From contig CAYRPC010000001.1 of NCBI GenBank assembly GCA_964425995.1, forward strand, positions 40,254 to 104,253: 64,000 nt of DNA, in the 5' to 3' direction. Numbering within the stretch: the first letter of the stretch is position 1; every line of letters starts with the position of its first letter. Under the pieces are notes generated by a model. It saw nothing but the letters and a program-made list of their open reading frames with translations, did not search any database and had not been told where the DNA came from. A program made the position numbers and the translations under genes. Below, in pieces: positions 35,516-45,586 of this stretch. Origin of the DNA: an uncultured Phycisphaeraceae bacterium. Its GTDB lineage: Bacteria; Planctomycetota; Phycisphaerae; Phycisphaerales; UBA1924.

Positions 35516-36298
35516 ATGAAAGGTGTCATCCTTGCCGGCGGCCTTGGTTCTCGGCTTCGGCCTCTCACGCTCGTTACCAACAAGCACCTGCTGCCGGTCT
35601 ATGACCGGCCGATGATTCATTATCCGATTCAATGTCTCGTCAACGCGGGCATTGATGAGGTCATGGTCGTCACGGGCGGGGAGCATGCCGGGGACTTTCT
35701 CAAGTTGCTCAAGAACGGCAAGCACCTGGGCCTGCGGACGATGCGCTATGCATATCAGGAGGGCGAGGGCGGCATCGCAGATGCACTCAAACTCGCGGAG
35801 GAGTTCGCGGATGGGGACAAAATCTGCGTGATATTGGGCGACAACATCATCGAGGGAAATATTCGCAAAGCCTCGGCGGACTTCTTTACGCAGCGGAGCG
35901 GGGCCAAGATCATCCTGAAGGAAGTGCCCGACCCCCACCGCTTCGGCGTGGTCGAGTTCTCCGATGCGCAGCGCAGCAAGATCAAGACCCTGATCGAGAA
36001 GCCCAAGAACCCGCCCAGCAACATGGCGGTGACGGGCATCTACTTCTACGACCCGGATTGCTTCAAGGTGTGCAAGGAGCTCAAACCCAGCGGGCGAGGC
36101 GAGTTGGAGATCACGGACGTGAATAACTACTACCTGCAACGGGGCGACATGACGTACGAGACGCTGGACGGCTGGTGGACCGACGCGGGAACATTTGAGA
36201 GCCTCTTCCGCGCGAGCAAGTATGTTGCGGAGAGCGGGGCCAACCACCTGGACTTGGCTGCGGCGAGGCCTGGGTTGTTTGGGACTGGCGAGCGGTAA
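35516..36298 (+). CDS. sugar-1-phosphate nucleotidyltransferase (RmlA/short-form glucose-1-phosphate thymidylyltransferase-like)
   Basis: ATG 35516 with GGAG 5 nt upstream. MKGVILAGGLGSRLRPLT signature, VVEF...EKP. 260 aa. Confidence 0.85.
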   Translation: MKGVILAGGLGSRLRPLTLVTNKHLLPVYDRPMIHYPIQCLVNAGIDEVMVVTGGEHAGDFLKLLKNGKHLGLRTMRYAYQEGEGGIADALKLAEEFADGDKICVILGDNIIEGNIRKASADFFTQRSGAKIILKEVPDPHRFGVVEFSDAQRSKIKTLIEKPKNPPSNMAVTGIYFYDPDCFKVCKELKPSGRGELEITDVNNYYLQRGDMTYETLDGWWTDAGTFESLFRASKYVAESGANHLDLAAARPGLFGTGER

Positions 36299-36345
36299 AC
36301 AGCGCCTGTTTCTCAAACAAGAAACTTATCCCAGATTCATCTCCG

Positions 36346-37362
36346 TCACGCCAGCTTCATCGCCATCATAACGGCTTCGCCCATGTCGGCGGGGCTCATG
36401 GCGACTGTGACACCAGCGGCCTGGAGGGCCTTGATTTTCGCGTCTGCGGTGTCGTCCGCGCCGCCGATGATTGCGCCGGCGTGGCCCATGCGTCGGCCGG
36501 GTGGCGCGGTGCGGCCAGCGATGAAGGCGGCGACGGGCTTCTTCACGTGGGCCTTGATGTATTCTGCGGCGTTAGTTTCGTCGGAGCCGCCGATCTCGCC
36601 GATCATCAGGATCGAGTGCGTGTCTGGGTCAGATTCGAACATGCGGATGCTGTCGATGTGGTTGGTGCCACGCACGGGGTCGCCACCGATGCCGATGCAG
36701 GTGCTTTGGGCAAGGCCCCGGTTGCTGGTCTGCCACACTGCTTCATAGGTGAGCGTACCGCTTCGCGAGACGATGCCCACGCTCTTACCGAGTTTGCTCT
36801 GGCTGATGTGGGTATGGATATAGCCGGGCATGATGCCGATTTTGCAGCCTGCATTGGAGTATGGATCGCTGGCGCTGGTGCCTGCACCGGTCTTGGGACC
36901 GGGAGAGATGACACCCGGACAATTTGGGCCAATGAGGGTGTAGCGCACGAGGGCACCAGGAGCGGAACCTTTGGGGAGAGTGCCCGCAGGCGAGGATGCC
37001 TGAGCGACCGTGTTGAGTTCATCGAGTTGGGCGCGGGCCTTGATCATGTCCTGAACCGGCACGCCTTCTGTGATCGCGCAGATGACGTTGAGGCCCGCAG
37101 CAGCGGCCTCAAGGATCGCATCGGCGGCGAAGGGCGGGGGGACAAAGATCATCGTGGCAGTTGCGCCCGTGGCTTTGACCGCCTGTTCGACGGTGTCGAA
37201 GATGGGCAGGCCATTCTCGTCCTTGGTGCCGCCCTTACCTGGGGTGACGCCACCGACCATCTTGGTGCCATAGTGATAGCAGCCCTTGGTGTGAACAGCA
37301 CCGGAGGAACCGGTGATGCCTTGGCAAATAACGCGAGTGTCTTTGTTGACGAGGACTGGCAT
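36346..37362 (-). CDS. sucD: succinate--CoA ligase subunit alpha
   Basis: Start set at ATG 37362 ([21 protein letters not shown], matching the canonical N-terminus). [18 protein letters not shown], phosphohistidine loop GHAGAI. Has lineage-specific insertions. sucC is not adjacent. Confidence 0.92.
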   Translation of the reverse strand: MPVLVNKDTRVICQGITGSSGAVHTKGCYHYGTKMVGGVTPGKGGTKDENGLPIFDTVEQAVKATGATATMIFVPPPFAADAILEAAAAGLNVICAITEGVPVQDMIKARAQLDELNTVAQASSPAGTLPKGSAPGALVRYTLIGPNCPGVISPGPKTGAGTSASDPYSNAGCKIGIMPGYIHTHISQSKLGKSVGIVSRSGTLTYEAVWQTSNRGLAQSTCIGIGGDPVRGTNHIDSIRMFESDPDTHSILMIGEIGGSDETNAAEYIKAHVKKPVAAFIAGRTAPPGRRMGHAGAIIGGADDTADAKIKALQAAGVTVAMSPADMGEAVMMAMKLA

Positions 37363-37449
37363 AGGTGCTGAGGGTAGAACGGGGGAAAGCAGTTTGGGAG
37401 GAGTTCGCAAAAGTTTGGTGGAGAGCAGCGCTGGCTGGATCGGTTTCAT

Positions 37450-38724
37450 ATGATCGGGGGTATGACTTTGAGCAATCGCCCCCGGCCCAGACTCAGCCCC
37501 ACTTTGGTTGTCACTTCAATCGCTTCGGATACACATTCAATCGTGCGGAAGTTGGCAACCGGGGCGGCGGATGCCGGATGGCGGTTCATAGTGATCGGCG
37601 ACACCAAGAGCCCCGAGTCGTTTTCGCTCGCTGGCTGCGAGTTTCTGAGTGTGGCAGACCAGTTGGCCTGGGGTGAACGGCACGGATTGCGATACGCGAA
37701 GGCATGTCCGACGCGTCACTATGCCAGGAAGAACATCGGATACCTGGAAGCCATTCGGGCTGGGGCACCAGTCATCGTCGAGACGGATGACGACAACATT
37801 CCGCTCGAAGGGGCACTGCAAAAAGAAGGCGTAGGACAAAGCGAAGGCACAGGACATGAGGCACCAGGCATCACAGCGGGAGGAGAGCAGCAGTTCTATG
37901 GCTCGCGGGAGAGTGCCAAGCGGGCAAAGGTTGTGACGGCTGCGCCAGTGGCGGGAACAAACGGAAATCTCGCCCCGACGTGGGTCAACGTGTATCGCTA
38001 CTTCACGAAGAAGAGCGATGGTGGTTTGGCGAGCGAACCGCCGATCTGGCCCCGGGGGTTGTCGCTGGACTGGGTGCAGAAGGGCGTGCCGCCATTGGAG
38101 GGGATCGCAGCGCGAGAGGTCGTGTGCCCGATTCAGCAGGGGTTGGCAGATGAGAATCCGGATGTGGACGCGATCTACCGATTGGTGCGAACCCTGCCGA
38201 TGTCGTTTGAACGCGGTGAAAGCGTCGCACTGGGGCAGGGGGCCTGGTGCCCGTTCAACAGTCAGAACACAACCTTCTTTCCCGCGGCGTATCCACTGAT
38301 GTACTTGCCCGCACTGTGCAGTTTCCGAATGACGGACATCTGGCGATCGTTCGTGGCACAGCGGGTTTGTTGGGCAAATGATTGGGCGGTGCTTTTCCAT
38401 CGCGCAACCGTCCGTCAGGAGCGCAATGACCATAACCTCATGCGAGACTTCGAGGATGAAATCCCGGGGTACACCAAGAACGACAGAATCGCCGGGGCAC
38501 TTGCGGCGCTGGAACTGCCTGCGGGCGAACAGCACGTCGCTTCCAACCTGCGTCGATGCTATGAAACGCTAATCGCAAAGGGTTTCCTACCGACTGATGA
38601 GATCGTGCTGGTGGATGCGTGGCTGCACGACCTTGGAAAGGTCTGGAGCAGTGCAAGCGAGGTTGAGGTGAAGCCTGCGGGTGTGACCGCTTCGGTGATT
38701 GCTTCAGTTTCTGGCTTCCGATAA
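37450..38724 (+). CDS. STELLO/DUF288-like putative glycosyltransferase
   Basis: [13 protein letters not shown]...FLSVADQ...[29 protein letters not shown] matches my memory of the DUF288/STELLO pattern (IGDxKTP ... YxRKNxGYLxAI..GA..I.D.DDDN). The start could be Met5 (37462). Confidence 0.5.
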   Translation: MIGGMTLSNRPRPRLSPTLVVTSIASDTHSIVRKLATGAADAGWRFIVIGDTKSPESFSLAGCEFLSVADQLAWGERHGLRYAKACPTRHYARKNIGYLEAIRAGAPVIVETDDDNIPLEGALQKEGVGQSEGTGHEAPGITAGGEQQFYGSRESAKRAKVVTAAPVAGTNGNLAPTWVNVYRYFTKKSDGGLASEPPIWPRGLSLDWVQKGVPPLEGIAAREVVCPIQQGLADENPDVDAIYRLVRTLPMSFERGESVALGQGAWCPFNSQNTTFFPAAYPLMYLPALCSFRMTDIWRSFVAQRVCWANDWAVLFHRATVRQERNDHNLMRDFEDEIPGYTKNDRIAGALAALELPAGEQHVASNLRRCYETLIAKGFLPTDEIVLVDAWLHDLGKVWSSASEVEVKPAGVTASVIASVSGFR

Positions 38725-38750
38725 TTTGGTAGACAGATTTTCACCTTGCC

Positions 38751-39611
38751 GTGATCGGAAGAGGACCCGAGTTTGGAATCGCGTTGATGACACGAACTGA
38801 AAGCAACATGGAAGCGCGAGTACGAATGCCATCACGGGATGCGTTAGCGTCCGCAACGATCGAAGCCAAGCTCAGCCAAGGCACGCGGGTCAATCCCCTG
38901 CGAGTATCGCTGTGCCTGCTCACATGGAACGAAGTCCAAGGATGCAAGTTGGACGTACCGGGTCTGCCGCTTTCGATGTTTGACGAGGTGTACGCGGTTG
39001 ATGGTGGCAGCAAGGATGGCACCGTTGAGTACTTGGAAAGCCATGGCATCAAGGTGTATCAGCAGCAGAAACGCGGGTATAACGCGGCGGTGATCGAGTG
39101 CTTTGAGCATTGCGCAACCGACGCGTTGGTGCTGTATCACCCCAAGGGCAGCATCGATCCACAGGAAGTGTTGCGATGCAAGCGAATGCTGGCGGAGGGA
39201 TACGACCTCGCGATCGGCAGCCGGATCATGAAAGGTGGGTATAACGAGGAAGACGACAAGTTCCTCAAGCCCCGCAAGTGGTTTGTGCGCGGGCTTGGTC
39301 TGCTTGGTGCGATCCTCTGGAAGCGTGGGCGGCGAACTGACGGGGGCACGTGGTCGCAGCCGATCGCATGGGACGTGCTGCACGGGTTCCGAGGGATGCG
39401 CCGCGACAGGTTCTTTGCGATTGAGCCACTGCCCACGGGACTTTCCATGGACATGGAGATGGTCGTGCGCAGCTATCGCATGGGCTTTCGCGTGGGCGAA
39501 TTTCCCAGTGTCGAAAAGCCCCGCCCCAACGGTGACACACACTTTGCGGCGTGGCCCACGGGGAAAAAACTCCTCAAGTACATCTGGTTCGAGCTTCGCC
39601 GCGCTGGGTGA
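38751..39611 (+). CDS. family 2 glycosyltransferase (polyprenyl-phosphate sugar synthase-like)
   Basis: GT-A pattern: VSLCLLTWNE, AVDGGSKDGT, GYNAAV, LVLYHPKGS, then C-terminal amphipathic/hydrophobic end. The ORF opens at GTG 38751; ATG candidates at 38787, 38808 and 38826; the start is unresolved. Confidence 0.72.
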   Translation: MIGRGPEFGIALMTRTESNMEARVRMPSRDALASATIEAKLSQGTRVNPLRVSLCLLTWNEVQGCKLDVPGLPLSMFDEVYAVDGGSKDGTVEYLESHGIKVYQQQKRGYNAAVIECFEHCATDALVLYHPKGSIDPQEVLRCKRMLAEGYDLAIGSRIMKGGYNEEDDKFLKPRKWFVRGLGLLGAILWKRGRRTDGGTWSQPIAWDVLHGFRGMRRDRFFAIEPLPTGLSMDMEMVVRSYRMGFRVGEFPSVEKPRPNGDTHFAAWPTGKKLLKYIWFELRRAG

Positions 39612-41061
39612 GGGCGTGGATCATCGCGATGATCGCGATCAGCAGGACGACGTGTGCGGGGAAGAAGTAGCGATAGTGAAATCCTGGCGTCACGAGGAAA
39701 AATCCTGCGTAATACCCCGCCGCCATGAGCAGGAGAATGACTCGTTCCGCCGCGACGCGCCTGCGGATGGCGACGCCTATTGCAAGGAGCAGCGCGAGCG
39801 CGATGGGAATGGCGGGGATAGTGAGCCAGCGCAGGATGCTCTTGCCAAAGAAGAAGTGGATGATCGCGTGACCCGCATCGCGTAGCGGCCCGGTGTGCGC
39901 CAGGCTCGCGCCATAGAGCGCGGGCTCATCGGGGACCCATTCGTTGATAAACGGGAGCGGTACACGCGGGCGCAGGCCCAGCAGCGACTTCCAAATTTCA
40001 AACTTTGCGCGGAGGTAGAGCAGCGGCTGGTCCTTCACAAAGTCTTGATGCATAGCCCGGACCTTGCCGTCGGTCTCAAGCACGATGCTGCTGTTGAGGG
40101 GCGAAGGGCTCCAGATCATCGAGTCGTGGGTGTACCAGTCGTGGACCAAAATGGCCTTGGCATTGGCGACGAGCGGGTCCAGGCCCTGCTGGGTGCACAG
40201 TGGGGCGATCGAGTGTGCACGGGCGACCTTCTCGTCACGATTGAGCCTGAGCATTCCTACATGTTCCCAGACGAGGCTGCCAGCGAGCGTGTCCCACTTG
40301 CGAAGCGGGAGGAGATCGTCCAGGCTGGTCCCGTATCCGACCGACGCAAGCACCACCATCACGATCGCGAGCGCGTGCTTCCATGGGCGCCACGCCCAGA
40401 GCACCAGGGCGATCACGAGCGGAGCAAGCGTGATGGAATTAGCGCGATAGGAGAAGAGCACGACACACGCGATAGAAAACCCGCCGATCGCCAGCGCACG
40501 GGCCGGGATCGAGGCTTGCTGGCATGATTCGTCGCGACGCGCGAAGCACGCGGCGCGATCGCGCGCCCAGAAGGCGCAGCAGAGGATCGTGCAAATCGCT
40601 GCGGCGGTTGGCGCGTCGGGCAGAATCGCGACGGCGTGGTTCCAGATGGGCGGGTACAGCATGAGCAACGCGATGCCCGCCAGCGCCCATCGCGCGGGCA
40701 ACAGGCGGGCCAGTAACATGCCAGATGAGGCGTAGAACCACCAACAGACCACGAATGTGTGCGTGCCAACGGTGCCGGTCCAGCGGAGTGCCGATGCCAT
40801 TGCGATGGCCATCGCGGGCGGAAACCACTGATCGGTGGCCCAAAGCGGCACCTGAGCATCGTTGGCATAGAACGCGGCGGTCAGTGCCCGCGAGGCCGAG
40901 TCTGTGATCGACAGACCAGGCGCGAACATGGCCATCAGAAGCAACGTCCAGCCAAGTGCGAGCGAAAAAACCAGCCATGGTGGCAATCGCGATGGTGATG
41001 GGTCCGGGCCGATCAAGCGAGAGGTTAGCGGCGCGAGGCGGGCAGGGGCGGCTCGTACCAT
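39574..41061 (-). CDS. polytopic membrane protein, GT-C-like candidate glycosyltransferase
   Basis: 495-aa ORF with about 10 hydrophobic helices by eye, a central soluble loop and two C-terminal helices. No motif I can name. The 3' end overlaps the GT2 gene by 38 nt (convergent). Confidence 0.55.
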   Translation of the reverse strand: MVRAAPARLAPLTSRLIGPDPSPSRLPPWLVFSLALGWTLLLMAMFAPGLSITDSASRALTAAFYANDAQVPLWATDQWFPPAMAIAMASALRWTGTVGTHTFVVCWWFYASSGMLLARLLPARWALAGIALLMLYPPIWNHAVAILPDAPTAAAICTILCCAFWARDRAACFARRDESCQQASIPARALAIGGFSIACVVLFSYRANSITLAPLVIALVLWAWRPWKHALAIVMVVLASVGYGTSLDDLLPLRKWDTLAGSLVWEHVGMLRLNRDEKVARAHSIAPLCTQQGLDPLVANAKAILVHDWYTHDSMIWSPSPLNSSIVLETDGKVRAMHQDFVKDQPLLYLRAKFEIWKSLLGLRPRVPLPFINEWVPDEPALYGASLAHTGPLRDAGHAIIHFFFGKSILRWLTIPAIPIALALLLAIGVAIRRRVAAERVILLLMAAGYYAGFFLVTPGFHYRYFFPAHVVLLIAIIAMIHALTQRGEARTRCT

Positions 41062-41066
41062 CGTTC

Positions 41067-42140
41067 ATGCAGCAGGGCTGGCGGATCATTGATGCGAACG
41101 CGAACCGGGCGCGTGAGGGGCTGCGCGTGATCGAGGACGTCGCACGGTTCGTGCTCGAGGACGCTGCCTTGGCAGAGCGATGCAAGCGTGTACGTCATCT
41201 TGTAACCCGGGCCATCGCGATGATTGGTGGCGATGCAATCCGCGAGCTAGCATGGCGGGACGCTGTGGGGGATGTTGGTGCAGGGATCAAGGTTGATGCG
41301 GAATTGGCACGGGCGGACCTTGCGGGCGTGGTGGGTGCCAACGCGGGTCGAGCAACAGAGGCGCTGCGTGTGCTCGCTGAATTGATGAAGGTTCAGGCCT
41401 CAATTGCTGGCATGCACGCCGCGAATGAGGCGCACGCGCTTATCGAGGCTGCGAGATACGAGGTGTATGAGATCGAGCGTGCGACAGGTCTGGCGTTGGG
41501 CGCTGGAGACAAGTTTCAGCCGCGGGTTTGCGTGCTGATTTCAGAGCGACTCTGCGTCCACCACGCATGGGAGCAGGTTGCGGGCCTTGCGCTTGCCGCA
41601 GGTACGGAGATGATCCAGCTTCGCGAGAAGGACTTGAGTGATCGAGAACTGCTAGCGCGGGCTCAACGTCTGGTAGCGATGTGCCGCGAGCATGGTGCTC
41701 GCTGCGTGATCAACGACCGTCCTGACATTGCGATGCTCGCTGGTGCTTGGGGCGTGCACGTGGGCCAGGGCGACATGCCGATCCGCGACATCAGGCGGCT
41801 TGCGGGGCGTTCGCTGCGGGTGGGTGTCTCGACGGAGAACATGTCCCAGGCGCTTGAGGCTGTCGCCAGTGGTGCCGACCAGTGCGGCGTGGGACCGATG
41901 TTTGTGACAACCACGAAGGAGAAGCAACGAATCGCGGGGCCTAGCTATGTGCGCGAGTATGTTGGTACGCCAAGCACCGCACGAGTGCCACATCTTGCAA
42001 TCGGCGGCATCACACCGGCGAACGTGAGCGATTTGGTCGCGGCTGGCTGCCTGGGCATAGCGGTATCGAGTGTGGTCTGCGGAGCATCGGAGCCGGATGA
42101 GATGGTTGGGAAACTCGTGAAGGCGATGAGTGTGTCGTGA
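41067..42140 (+). CDS. thiE: thiamine-phosphate synthase with N-terminal accessory domain
   Basis: Start set at ATG 41067 (track ORF from 40956). C-terminal ThiE pattern IQLREKD, INDRPDIA, GVHVGQGD, GVGPMFVTTTK, AIGGI. The N-terminal ~150 aa extra domain begins WRIIDANANRAREGLRVIED. Confidence 0.85.
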   Translation: MQQGWRIIDANANRAREGLRVIEDVARFVLEDAALAERCKRVRHLVTRAIAMIGGDAIRELAWRDAVGDVGAGIKVDAELARADLAGVVGANAGRATEALRVLAELMKVQASIAGMHAANEAHALIEAARYEVYEIERATGLALGAGDKFQPRVCVLISERLCVHHAWEQVAGLALAAGTEMIQLREKDLSDRELLARAQRLVAMCREHGARCVINDRPDIAMLAGAWGVHVGQGDMPIRDIRRLAGRSLRVGVSTENMSQALEAVASGADQCGVGPMFVTTTKEKQRIAGPSYVREYVGTPSTARVPHLAIGGITPANVSDLVAAGCLGIAVSSVVCGASEPDEMVGKLVKAMSVS

Positions 42141-42159
42141 TGTATGTGTGGTGTTGAGC

Positions 42160-43560
42160 CTACCGCTCATCACGCAGGGAAAGGGTCAGGTCCCTTTGAA
42201 CGAGATTCTCGTTCTCGTCCTTGATACGAACGCGGATCGCAACGGACTTCCCGAGGAATAGACCCGACTTCTGCAGATTCTGGATGGTCTCCAGAACATT
42301 TGTTACCTCGACATCGTCGGCCTGAGTGATGATCTGACCCGCCTTGAATCCTGCCTTGGCAGCAGGTGAATCAGAAAGAACGCGGATCACGACAGGACCG
42401 CTTTCCGCACGATCGCCCAAAAGCAGGCCTGCCTGTGAGCCAAGAATATCGAGATAGAAGTTGGCGTAGACATCATCGGGCATCTCGCCCAAGGGATACT
42501 TGAGTGTGATGCGGTCGCTGCCATTGCGCACGATGACCAGATCAACCATCGCGCCGGGGCGCTTGGCACTGATGATGCTGCGGAGGTTCTCCGAACCCTC
42601 GACGGGCACATCGTCGATGCTGAGGACGACATCACCGGGCTTGAGCCCGCCCTTGTCGGAGGGGCCATCGGGAGCGACAAACTCGATGAGCACGCCCTTG
42701 TTGCGAACGATGGAGCCGTTGACCTCGACGGGTGCGTTGGAGAATCGCACACCCAGATACCCTTGGCGAATGGTGCCAGTCTCGATCAATTGCTGGACGC
42801 GAGATTCGATGGTTGCCAGCGGTATCGCAAAGCTGATACCTGCGGACTGGCCTTCGTTCCCGCCCTCGTTCTCGGTTGCGGTTGCTATCGCAACGTTCAT
42901 CCCAACCACCCGCCCTTGCACATCGACCAGTGGGCCACCTGAATTGCCCGGGTTGACGGCGGCATCGGTCTGGATGAAGTTGGAAATACCCATGCCGCTG
43001 GGGCTGCGGGCGGAGCGACCAAGACCAGAAACGATACCGCTGGACATGGAAAACTTGAAGCCGAAGGGAGAACCAAAGGCGAACACGCGGTCGCCACGCT
43101 CCAGCCGCAGGCCAGAGGCACGCTGGGCAGGAACAAGGTAATCACCACGCTCGACCTTGATCACTGCGATATCGGAGATCGGATCTGCGGCGATCACTGT
43201 GCCCTCTTCGAGTCGTCCATCGTGGAATTGGATCGTGACGCGAGAGGCGGGGCCAACGACGTGGGCGTTCGTGATGATGTTGCCCTGGTCATCAAAGACC
43301 CAGCCCGCGCCGCTGCCACCGCGCCAACGACGCATCTCGATATGCACGACGCTTGGCTCGACACTACTGGCAACATTGCGAACTGATTCGTTGATGCGTT
43401 GGAGGATGTCGTCGCTCGCGAGGGACTGGCGGGCGAGTTGGACCTGCTCCTGCGTGCGCAGGGCGGTAATGGTCCGCATGGCGCTTGGTACAGCGAGCAA
43501 CACCGCGCCTGCGGTGAGGAGAACGACGAAGGCGGGGCCGAATGTGATGAAACGACGCAT
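42160..43560 (-). CDS. HtrA/DegP-family S1C serine protease with two PDZ domains
   Basis: N-terminal anchor helix. Catalytic His (IITNAHVV) and Ser (GNSGGPLV). Two PDZ-like segments (GYLGV...GLKPGDVV and AAKAGFKAGQII). Confidence 0.9.
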   Translation of the reverse strand: MRRFITFGPAFVVLLTAGAVLLAVPSAMRTITALRTQEQVQLARQSLASDDILQRINESVRNVASSVEPSVVHIEMRRWRGGSGAGWVFDDQGNIITNAHVVGPASRVTIQFHDGRLEEGTVIAADPISDIAVIKVERGDYLVPAQRASGLRLERGDRVFAFGSPFGFKFSMSSGIVSGLGRSARSPSGMGISNFIQTDAAVNPGNSGGPLVDVQGRVVGMNVAIATATENEGGNEGQSAGISFAIPLATIESRVQQLIETGTIRQGYLGVRFSNAPVEVNGSIVRNKGVLIEFVAPDGPSDKGGLKPGDVVLSIDDVPVEGSENLRSIISAKRPGAMVDLVIVRNGSDRITLKYPLGEMPDDVYANFYLDILGSQAGLLLGDRAESGPVVIRVLSDSPAAKAGFKAGQIITQADDVEVTNVLETIQNLQKSGLFLGKSVAIRVRIKDENENLVQRDLTLSLRDER

Positions 43561-43668
43561 GGGGTTCGTGAGTGGACGGGCTTAGACCTTGATTCGCAAT
43601 TGACTGGTTTCTGTTTCTTCTACGTTTGATCGTGAAGACGGGATGAGTTGGATCGTCGGAAAATTCGA

Positions 43669-44478
43669 TTACTTTACACCAAGACGCCTTTCCGCCACCG
43701 CTTTTACCCATTGTTCGGCGGCGGAGGTGATCACGGGTCCGAGTTGGGCCAAGGCAGCGGCAAACCGCGGGGGGTGCTCAGAGAGACCAAGCAGGTCCTG
43801 CAGAACGAGGACCTGAGCGTGGCAGGCGTTGCCCGCGCCGATGCCGATGACTGGGACCGAAGTTTGATCAAGAACCTTCCGCGTGACCGCATCGGGCACC
43901 GCCTCGACAAGCAACATGACGGCACCAGCCTTTTCGAGAGCGACTGCATCAGCAACGACCTGGCTGGCTTCTGCTTCAGTGCGCGCACCGCCCGTGTAAC
44001 CCGAGGTGAGCGCGGCCCGCTGGGGCTTGCTGCCAACATGGGCACAGACAGGGATGCCCGCCCGCGTCAGTTTTTCGACCAGTGGAACGAACGTGGCATC
44101 GAGTTCGAGTTTGACAATATCCGCGAGGCCTTCGATGAGAAATCGTCCGGCGTTGCGAATCGCTTCTGCATCATCGGCCTGGTAGGACATGAATGGCATG
44201 TCCCCCATGACCACCGTATCGGGTGCGCCTCGCTTCACGCCTGCGGTGAGGGCGAGCAGAACATCCAGGGGCATGTCGATCGTGCGATGGAAGCCCAGAA
44301 TCACTTCTGCTGCGGTATCGCCCACGAGCAGGCAATGCACGCCCGCCTTTGCCAACCATCGAGCGGTGGTCGCGTCATAGCAGGTCAGCGCGGCGAAAGG
44401 GGTGCCATCGCGGGCCATGCGTTGCAAACTTTTCAGAGTGGAAGGCATGGACAACGGTAGGGAATGGGCAACTGGCAC
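43669..44478 (-). CDS. panB: 3-methyl-2-oxobutanoate hydroxymethyltransferase
   Basis: LTCYDATTARWLAKAGVHCLLVGDT, MPFMSYQ, VKLE, HVG. 269 aa. Confidence 0.92.
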   Translation of the reverse strand: MPVAHSLPLSMPSTLKSLQRMARDGTPFAALTCYDATTARWLAKAGVHCLLVGDTAAEVILGFHRTIDMPLDVLLALTAGVKRGAPDTVVMGDMPFMSYQADDAEAIRNAGRFLIEGLADIVKLELDATFVPLVEKLTRAGIPVCAHVGSKPQRAALTSGYTGGARTEAEASQVVADAVALEKAGAVMLLVEAVPDAVTRKVLDQTSVPVIGIGAGNACHAQVLVLQDLLGLSEHPPRFAAALAQLGPVITSAAEQWVKAVAERRLGVK

Positions 44479-44499
44479 CGGCGACGACGAGTTTTGGTG

Positions 44500-45546
44500 T
44501 CAGGTGGCCTGCACGGTGGTATGGTACTTGACGATCAGCATTTCCAAGGCGCGATCTGCATCGGTCAGTCCTCGCTTGCTGCGACGATCTGCTTCAACGC
44601 ATGTTTGGAGAAAGTCGAGCGTCTTTGCTGGTGTCGTCCGCTTCGCTGCGGCGATGTAGGTTTCCTGGCTATCACCCCAAATTTTCAGGGGCTTGGCGAG
44701 GGCGAAGGGTTGGGCACCTTGACGCAGGCCAACGCACATGCCGTGGAGTTTTCGTGCGAGGTCCATGATCGCATACATCATAAGTTGCGTGGGCTCTCGC
44801 GAGACATCGAGCACATGGCGGAGGTGTGCAAGCCCGGCCTCGGAACTCGCAGTCAGGATAGTACGCTGGACGTTCCAGACTTCCTCCTCGCGAGACATCC
44901 CTACGAACTCCGCGACCAAGGCTGTCGTGATCGGCGCAGGCTCACCATCTTTCGTTATGCCCGCCGCCGCGGCGAGTTTGCCTAGTTCGCTGTCCAGCGT
45001 CATCAGGATGGGACCGACCCGTGAGACAAGTAACCTGGCGGCATCGAGATTGATCGGTGCCTTGTGCGTGTTCGGCGCTCGCTTCATCACCCATTCGATT
45101 GCTTCATTCGCTAAAGGCGCCTGGCACTTGCGATATTCGCCTGTCGCTTCGACGAGTTTTTCGAGCTTGCCACCAATGAACTTTGGCCCGCGCAAGACCA
45201 GCGTCGCGTTGTCGCAGGGGTTTTCAATATAGCGTTCAAACAGTGGACGCGTGGCCTCGAAGATCAACTCCGAGATGTTGTCGACGATGACAATCTTGTG
45301 GGTCGCCATCAGGCCAAAGGACCGGCACTCGTCCAGTATGTCGCTGGCCTGGGCCTGGCCGCCGTCGAAGGTGAAGACCTGAATCTCGCCGTGGGCCTTG
45401 GTCAACTGCTCGCGGATGGCCAGCGTGTATTCCTGACGACGGAACGCATCATCGCCAACGAAGAGGGCGACAGCGGGAAGGGCGGACTTCTTCCTGGCCG
45501 ATTCGTCGGAAGATTTTTCGACAGACTTGGCGGGGCGCTTGGCCAT
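44500..45546 (-). CDS. holA: DNA polymerase III subunit delta
   Basis: Start set at ATG 45546 (track ORF to 45714). About 348 aa. N-terminal VALFVGDDAFRRQEY pattern and three-domain length typical of HolA. Recognition is moderate. Confidence 0.7.
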   Translation of the reverse strand: MAKRPAKSVEKSSDESARKKSALPAVALFVGDDAFRRQEYTLAIREQLTKAHGEIQVFTFDGGQAQASDILDECRSFGLMATHKIVIVDNISELIFEATRPLFERYIENPCDNATLVLRGPKFIGGKLEKLVEATGEYRKCQAPLANEAIEWVMKRAPNTHKAPINLDAARLLVSRVGPILMTLDSELGKLAAAAGITKDGEPAPITTALVAEFVGMSREEEVWNVQRTILTASSEAGLAHLRHVLDVSREPTQLMMYAIMDLARKLHGMCVGLRQGAQPFALAKPLKIWGDSQETYIAAAKRTTPAKTLDFLQTCVEADRRSKRGLTDADRALEMLIVKYHTTVQAT

Positions 45547-45586
45547 GGTCACAGCGTATGGGCGAGCGAGAGCCGTACGGTTTGAC

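Noticed and set aside
36308-36325. A GTTTCT-caaaca-AGAAAC hairpin between the convergent nucleotidyltransferase and sucD genes, considered as a bidirectional terminator.
   Set aside because: It has only a 6-bp AT-rich stem and no U-tract on either strand. It is too weak to call.
41061-41067. Divergent start codons only 5 nt apart (membrane protein ATG 41061 vs thiE ATG 41067). Similarly there are back-to-back ATGs at 37449/37450.
   Set aside because: This is probably a start-codon assignment problem. The sucD start is clearly 37362. For 41061/41067 one gene may use a downstream or non-ATG start. It is not evidence of unusual biology without TSS or N-terminal data.
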